A stretch of DNA of 32,000 nt from Ignavibacteriae bacterium HGW-Ignavibacteriae-2 (lineage in GTDB: Bacteria; Bacteroidota; Ignavibacteria; Ignavibacteriales; Melioribacteraceae): positions 2,320 through 34,319 of the forward strand of contig PGYT01000028.1 of assembly GCA_002839805.1 (NCBI GenBank), in the 5' to 3' direction. A program made the translations under genes and the position numbers. A model generated the notes under the pieces. The model was not told the origin of the DNA, did no database searches, and was given only the letters and a program-made list of their open reading frames with translations. Below are positions 27,188-32,000 of this stretch, in pieces. Within the stretch, counting starts at the first letter, position 1. Each line of letters begins with the position of its first letter.

Positions 27188-27957
27188 ATATGTTTATACC
27201 AAGACTGATTCCAGTACTCTTATTAAAAAATAAAGGTTTAGTAAAAACTAAAAAGTTTAAAGATCCTCAGTATATCGGTGATCCAATTAATGCAGTTAGA
27301 ATTTTTAATGATCTTAAAGCCGATGAATTATTGTTTCTGGATATAACTGCTTCAAAAGAAAAAAGAACTATTTCAATTGAATTAGTGAAAAATATTGGTG
27401 ATGAAGCCTTTATGCCTTTTGGAGTTGGTGGTGGAATCAAATCCTTAAACCAAATTGAAGCAATTTTAAGAGCTGGAGCTGAAAAAATTGTAATAAATTC
27501 TTATGCGACCGAAAATTTGAAATTCATTGAAGATGCAGTTAAGTATTTTGGCGGTCAGAGTATAGTTGTTTCCGTTGATGTAAAGAAATCAATTTTTAAT
27601 CAATACCAGATTTATTCAATCAGTGGAAAGAAAAAAAATAAAATCAAACTACTAGATTATTTAAGAAATATAGAATTAGCGGGGGCTGGAGAATTAATTA
27701 TAAATTCGATTGATAACGACGGGATGATGCTGGGTTATGACTTGAATTTAATTAAGTTAGTTTCTGAATCTGTGAAGATACCAGTTGTAGCTTGCGGAGG
27801 TGCTGGAGAATTAGAGGATTTTCGAAAAGGTTTTTATACCGGAAATGCACATGCTTTAGCCGCCGGGAGTCTCTTTGTTTATCATGGCCCGAGACGTGCG
27901 GTGCTTGTTAACTATCCTGAAAAATCTCAAATTAAGGAATTATTTAAGAATGGATAA
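27184..27957 (+). CDS. hisF: HisF-like cyclase-subunit paralog (WbuZ / HisF2-type acetamidino-modification protein)
   Basis: 257 aa. IPRLIPVLLLKNKGLVKTKKF...IGDPINAVRIFNDLKADELLFLDITAS and GGGI / ACGGAG phosphate-binding motifs. Start is GTG 27184 (GTGA overlap) or ATG 27190. Confidence 0.85.
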   Translation: MNMFIPRLIPVLLLKNKGLVKTKKFKDPQYIGDPINAVRIFNDLKADELLFLDITASKEKRTISIELVKNIGDEAFMPFGVGGGIKSLNQIEAILRAGAEKIVINSYATENLKFIEDAVKYFGGQSIVVSVDVKKSIFNQYQIYSISGKKKNKIKLLDYLRNIELAGAGELIINSIDNDGMMLGYDLNLIKLVSESVKIPVVACGGAGELEDFRKGFYTGNAHALAAGSLFVYHGPRRAVLVNYPEKSQIKELFKNG

Positions 27958-29107
27958 AGAATATAGAGTTTGTAGTAAAGGTATTTGGGATACGTCAATT
28001 CCCGGCATAAGGTTTAATGACAAAGGTGAATCTAATTATTATGATATTCAAATTAAATTGACTGAGGCTTTTCCTAGAGGGAAAGAAGGTGCTCATCAAT
28101 GGGAAAATATTGTTGCACAGGTAAAATCAGTAGGTAATTCTAAGAGGTATGATTGTCTTGTCGGTGTTAGTGGTGGTGTTGATAGCTCATATTTATTATA
28201 CTTGTTAAAAGTTAAATATGGTTTAAAACCTTTAGCTGTAAATTTAGATAATGGCTGGAGTTCTGATATTGCTGTAAAGAATATTAAAAAGGTTACTACT
28301 AAACTTAACGTCGATCTTGAGACATATGTTATTAACTATGAAGAAATGAAAGATATATTACGAGCCTATGTCCGTGCAGGCATACCTTGGATTGATGGAC
28401 CTACTGACAGAGCAATTAAAGCAACGATGTATAACATAGCAAGAAAAGAGGGAATTAAATTTATTTTTAGGGGAAATGATTTCCGTTCAGAAGGGAAACA
28501 ACCAAGAGAATGGACTTATACCGATTCACGAATGTTAAGATTCATTCATAAAAAATACGGTGAAATTAAAAAACTTAGGACATTTCCCGATATAACTTTC
28601 TTTAACTTAATTTATAGCGGTATCATACTCAAAATAAAAGATTATAGACCATTTTATTTTCTCGAATATGATAAAGAAAATGCAAGAGAATTTTTAAAAA
28701 AGGAATTCGATTGGGAGTATTATGGAGGTCATCATCACGAAAATCTTTTCACAAAATTCGCGATGTCCTATTGGTTGCCAAAAAAATTTGGAATTGATAA
28801 AAGGAAAATTAATCTTTCTGCTCAGGTCATAGATGGTACTTTAAACCGAGAAGATGCCTTAAAAATGATTACTGACGATGCTTTAAGTGAAGATGAACTT
28901 GAAAAAATTAAAAATTATGTTTTAAAAAAATTAGATATTACAAACGAAGAGTTTCAAGAAATAATGAATTTACCCCCTAAGTTTTATTATGATTATCCAA
29001 CATATATGCCATATTTATTAAGTTTTACAAAATATTTTATGCCACTTGTTAAACTAATTTATCCTAGAATACCTATGTCATTTTTTGAAATTGAAGGAAG
29101 GAAGTAG
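27950..29107 (+). CDS. N-acetyl sugar amidotransferase (WbuX/PseA-like PP-loop ATPase)
   Basis: The ORF track starts at 27875, inside hisF. ATG 27950 overlaps the hisF-like stop (ATGGATAA) and gives [26 protein letters not shown], the usual family N-terminus. PP-loop [13 protein letters not shown]. Confidence 0.8.
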   Translation: MDKEYRVCSKGIWDTSIPGIRFNDKGESNYYDIQIKLTEAFPRGKEGAHQWENIVAQVKSVGNSKRYDCLVGVSGGVDSSYLLYLLKVKYGLKPLAVNLDNGWSSDIAVKNIKKVTTKLNVDLETYVINYEEMKDILRAYVRAGIPWIDGPTDRAIKATMYNIARKEGIKFIFRGNDFRSEGKQPREWTYTDSRMLRFIHKKYGEIKKLRTFPDITFFNLIYSGIILKIKDYRPFYFLEYDKENAREFLKKEFDWEYYGGHHHENLFTKFAMSYWLPKKFGIDKRKINLSAQVIDGTLNREDALKMITDDALSEDELEKIKNYVLKKLDITNEEFQEIMNLPPKFYYDYPTYMPYLLSFTKYFMPLVKLIYPRIPMSFFEIEGRK

Positions 29108-29121
29108 AAAAAGGAGATATT

Positions 29122-29601
29122 TTGTCAATTGTAAGTTACAGAAGAGGTATCAAAGAAATATTCTTTGGTACAATAAATCGAATATTGCATATAATTGCCT
29201 ATTTTACTTTTCCCTATCAAATAACAGTGTTTCTTCATCGCCTAAGAGGTGTTAAGATTGGTGAAAAATCTCATATCGCCCGATTAGTCTCAATTGACGA
29301 TAGAAACCCAGAACTTATAGAAATAGGAAAAGGTGTAGCAATAACTACTGGTGTAATGATTTTATCACACCAGCGGGATTTATCAAATTACAAGCCGGGT
29401 ATGTTTGCAATGCATTGTCCTTTTAAAGAGGGTAAAGTTATTATAAAAGACGGAGCCCATATAGGTCTGGGTGCTATAATTATGCCTGGTGTAATAATTG
29501 GTGAAGGGGCTGTAATTGGTGCTGGTGCTGTTGTAACTAAGGATATCCCTCCTTATACCCTTGCAGTAGGAGTCCCTGCAAAAATTATTAAAAAATTTTG
29601 A
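29122..29601 (+). CDS. Hexapeptide-repeat (LbH) O/N-acetyltransferase (WcaF/maltose-acetyltransferase-like)
   Basis: 159 aa. TTG start with a strong AAGGAG (29111-29116) 5 nt upstream. Hexapeptide run [41 protein letters not shown]. Confidence 0.8.
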   Translation: MSIVSYRRGIKEIFFGTINRILHIIAYFTFPYQITVFLHRLRGVKIGEKSHIARLVSIDDRNPELIEIGKGVAITTGVMILSHQRDLSNYKPGMFAMHCPFKEGKVIIKDGAHIGLGAIIMPGVIIGEGAVIGAGAVVTKDIPPYTLAVGVPAKIIKKF

Positions 29602-29608
29602 GAACAAT

Positions 29609-30649
29609 ATGCTTTATTTGTTTGAATTAAATCATCCAAAACATTATCACCAATTTAAGTATATCTTTAAAATTATTGAGTCAAATAGAGATTCCTTTAT
29701 TGTGTTAGCTCGAGATAAGGATGTGTTATTATCGTTATTAAAAGAGGACAATATTCCCTTTGAAATTTATGGTAAACGTGGAAACAATTTATTTTCTAAA
29801 CTTATTTTTGTACCAAAAATTCTGTTTAAGTATTGGGGAATTATCAGAAAAAGTAAGCCAAATGTTATAATAAGCAAAGCATCTCCCTACGCAGCAATTA
29901 TTGGAAAATTATTCCGCATTCCAACGGTTATAACACCAGATTCAGAAGTGGTTAATTTAACTAATAAAATTGTAGTTCCATTAAGTACATTGGTTATCAC
30001 TCAAAAAACTTATAAGAATGAATTCGGCAAAAAACATAAAAGAATTAATGGTTTTTTTGAAACGACTTATCTTCATCCCAATTATTTTATATCGGAAGAA
30101 ATAGATGTATTTAAGGAGTCCACTGAAAGCAAACAAAAAAAGTATTTCGTATTACGTTTTATTGGGTGGGATGCAAATCATGATATAAATCAATTTGGTT
30201 TCTCAGATGAAGAGAAAATTAAATTAGTTGATTTTTTATTAGGGTATGGAAAAGTAATCATAACTTCAGAGAAAAATTTGCCAAATTCATTAAAAAAATA
30301 TGTTATGTTACAACATCCATCTCAAATTCATCATCTCCTTAGTTTTGCAAGTATTTATATAGGGGATTCTCAATCAATGGCAACTGAGGCTTGTTTACTT
30401 GGAACACCATCCATTCGATATAACTCATTCGTGGGCGAGAATGATATGTCAAATTTCAAAATACTCCAAGAAAAATATGAGTTGCTATACAACTGTAAAA
30501 ATTTTGAAGAAGTAATTTATTATGCAAAAAGAGTTATTGAAGATGATAATTCAAAAATTAAATGGCGTCAAAATTCAAATAATTATTTCAAAGAAATTGG
30601 CGATACAAACAAAGAAATTTTCAATATAATAAAAACTGTGGCAGTTTAA
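29609..30649 (+). CDS. DUF354 domain protein (GT-B/epimerase-like fold, function unknown)
   Basis: 346 aa. The N-terminus MLYLFELNHPKHYHQFKYIFKIIE...DKDVLLSLL and a C-terminal IGDSQSMATEACLLGTPSIR block match my recollection of DUF354. It sits immediately upstream of a UDP-GlcNAc 2-epimerase, its usual neighbour. Confidence 0.7.
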   Translation: MLYLFELNHPKHYHQFKYIFKIIESNRDSFIVLARDKDVLLSLLKEDNIPFEIYGKRGNNLFSKLIFVPKILFKYWGIIRKSKPNVIISKASPYAAIIGKLFRIPTVITPDSEVVNLTNKIVVPLSTLVITQKTYKNEFGKKHKRINGFFETTYLHPNYFISEEIDVFKESTESKQKKYFVLRFIGWDANHDINQFGFSDEEKIKLVDFLLGYGKVIITSEKNLPNSLKKYVMLQHPSQIHHLLSFASIYIGDSQSMATEACLLGTPSIRYNSFVGENDMSNFKILQEKYELLYNCKNFEEVIYYAKRVIEDDNSKIKWRQNSNNYFKEIGDTNKEIFNIIKTVAV

Positions 30650-30651
30650 GA

Positions 30652-31710
30652 ATGAAAATAATATCAATAGTTGGCGCTCGTCCTCAATTTATTAAATTGG
30701 CGCCTTTGTCAAAGGAATTGAGAAAATATCATACTGAAATAATAATTCATACTGGGCAACATTTTGACAAAGAAATGTCAGAGTCATTTTTTGTTGAATT
30801 AGGAATATCCGATCCAAATTATAACCTCGACATTAATAGTGGATTACATGGAGAGCAAACCGGAAGGATGTTAATTGAAATTGAAAATGTTGTTATAAAA
30901 GAGAAACCCGATTTAATAGTAGTTTTTGGAGATACAAATTCGACTCTTGCCGGGACTTTAGTTGGCTCAAAGCTTAACATCCCGTCTGTACATATTGAAG
31001 CCGGATTAAGAAGTTTTAATAAAACAATGCCGGAAGAAATTAATAGAATTGTAGCGGATCATACTTCGGATTATTTATTTGCCCCCACTTTGACTGCAAT
31101 GAAAAATTTGGAACTTGAAAATCTTCTATCTTCATCATTTTTCACCGGAGATATAATGGTTGATTCTCACAAATCGGCTGTTGAGCGATCTAAAGATTCT
31201 AAAATTATTGACGAACATTCACTTACGAATGGCGGGTACTATTTATTAACGCTGCATAGACCTTATAATGTGGATAATTCTAAAAATCTTGCCGATTTAT
31301 TAAAAGAATTAGGTGAGCTTAATAAGCGAATCATTTTCCCTATACATCCGAGAACTAAAAATATAATAGAAAAGCATAATCTGATAATTCCAGAAAATAT
31401 TACTCTGATTAAACCAGTTGGATATTTAGATTTTGTAGCATTGCAGTCAAGTTGTCACAAAATATTAACTGATTCCGGGGGAATCCAAAAAGAAGCTTAT
31501 ATATTAAAAAAGCCATGCATAACACTACGATCCGAAACAGAATGGGTTGAAACTGTGCAAATGGGTTGGAATTTACTTTTAAATCCTAATACTGAAAAAA
31601 ATATTGCGCGAAAAATTGAATCATTTATACCTAATGATCACTACGAACTAATTTTTGGCCAGAATGTATCTCAGAAAATGGTAGAAATAATTAATGGAAT
31701 ATTTAACTAA
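30652..31710 (+). CDS. wecB: UDP-N-acetylglucosamine 2-epimerase (non-hydrolysing)
   Basis: 352 aa. IVGARPQFIKLAPL, HTGQHFD..MS..FF, VFGDTNSTLAG, HIEAGLRSFNKTMPEEINR and ILTDSGGIQKEA are all canonical blocks of the family. Confidence 0.9.
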   Translation: MKIISIVGARPQFIKLAPLSKELRKYHTEIIIHTGQHFDKEMSESFFVELGISDPNYNLDINSGLHGEQTGRMLIEIENVVIKEKPDLIVVFGDTNSTLAGTLVGSKLNIPSVHIEAGLRSFNKTMPEEINRIVADHTSDYLFAPTLTAMKNLELENLLSSSFFTGDIMVDSHKSAVERSKDSKIIDEHSLTNGGYYLLTLHRPYNVDNSKNLADLLKELGELNKRIIFPIHPRTKNIIEKHNLIIPENITLIKPVGYLDFVALQSSCHKILTDSGGIQKEAYILKKPCITLRSETEWVETVQMGWNLLLNPNTEKNIARKIESFIPNDHYELIFGQNVSQKMVEIINGIFN

Positions 31711-32000
31711 TGGATTTCACTCGATCAACATATAATTCTTTACTGTTGGCCTTACAAACAAAGTATAATAATTTTATATCTTTCCAATCTTTGATGTCTT
31801 CCACAGACTCTCATAAATCTGAGACGGACCATTCCTTAGTCCATTTTTCTATAGTTCTGCGTCATGACGTTGACCGCATTCCAAATAATTCCCTTAAATT
31901 GGCAGAACTAGAACACTCCTTAGGCATAAAAGGCACATATTATTTCCGTGTAGTTCCAGAGAGTTATGATTTAAATATAATGAATAAAATCGCTGAACTT
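31710..32000 (+). CDS. Polysaccharide-deacetylase-like protein, 5' partial (runs off window end)
   Basis: It is not in the ORF track because it has no stop within the window. The ATG at 31710 overlaps the wecB stop (TAATG), and 97 codons follow without a stop. The segment IVLRHDVDRIPNNSLKLAELEHSLGIKGTYYFRV resembles a divergent deacetylase beta/alpha-barrel family common in capsule loci. Confidence 0.45.
   Translation, partial: MDFTRSTYNSLLLALQTKYNNFISFQSLMSSTDSHKSETDHSLVHFSIVLRHDVDRIPNNSLKLAELEHSLGIKGTYYFRVVPESYDLNIMNKIAEL

Noticed and set aside
27875-27949. Track start (ATG 27875) for the WbuX-like ORF, giving an 83-nt overlap with the hisF-like gene
   Set aside because: The extra 25 residues (MFIMARDVRCLLTILKNLKLRNYLR) lie inside the hisF-like coding region. 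ATG 27950 gives the family-typical N-terminus and a stop/start overlap.
26579-27957. HisH/HisF as histidine-biosynthesis genes
   Set aside because: No other his genes flank them, and they are translationally coupled to a WbuX-type N-acetyl sugar amidotransferase. This is the known glycan-modification paralogue arrangement.
63-29607. Minus-strand ORFs of 61-94 aa in the track (63-269, 118-348, 4574-4759, 5132-5416, 9590-9781, 11227-11430, 12184-12447, 12478-12684, 14236-14460, 15970-16173, 29383-29607)
   Set aside because: All are short and low-complexity, and almost all are fully nested antisense to long, well-supported + strand genes. They are typical of AT-rich antisense frames, and none has a recognisable motif.
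1-32000. Search for tRNA/rRNA genes, CRISPR repeats, IS/transposase/integrase genes, toxin-antitoxin or other defence-system signatures
   Set aside because: No regularly spaced direct repeats, no long terminal inverted repeats, and no ORF with recombinase, nuclease, helicase or NTPase defence-type motifs were seen. Every long ORF is accounted for by glycan-biosynthesis families or the two unknowns described above.

Overview
AT-rich (about 30% G+C by eye) bacterial window filled by one co-directional surface-polysaccharide biosynthesis locus (O-antigen/capsule type, with a Wzx flippase). All roughly 30 supported genes lie on the + strand, and many have overlapping stop/start codons (ATGA or TAATG junctions). 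No rRNA, tRNA, CRISPR array, transposase/integrase or recognisable defence gene was seen. The minus-strand and alternate-frame ORFs in the track are short, nested in long + strand ORFs, and look spurious. The locus reads as a mosaic of six modules. (1) A WbpP-like epimerase, followed by a secreted DUF4838 lipoprotein and an unknown alpha/alpha-toroid-like protein. (2) An enterobacterial-common-antigen-like block (wecE, GT56 wecF, wzx) preceded by a translationally coupled ATP-grasp ligase and followed by an AsnB-like amidotransferase that lacks its nucleophile cysteine. (3) An overlapping PIG-L deacetylase / NeuD-like acyltransferase / DegT aminotransferase / WbqC cassette. (4) A glycosyltransferase block (CgeB-like, two GT2, one GT4, an FkbM methyltransferase and a 14-TM protein). 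(5) After the largest non-coding gap, a CE4 deacetylase / CapA / CapK-type adenylating enzyme / GT4 module. (6) A HisH/HisF/WbuX-type acetamidino-forming trio, a hexapeptide acetyltransferase, DUF354, wecB and a truncated deacetylase-like gene. The most unusual point is the density of enzymes that form or remodel amide and amidine bonds: four different ATP-dependent ligase/amidotransferase classes, three deacetylase-type enzymes and two acyltransferases. Several carry atypical features, namely the lost Cys nucleophile in the AsnB-like protein and the lost zinc-ribbon cysteines in the WbuX-like protein. This points to a heavily N-acyl/amidino-decorated glycan whose chemistry known pathways do not explain. 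All functional calls rest on motif recognition and recalled family knowledge; no database search was possible.
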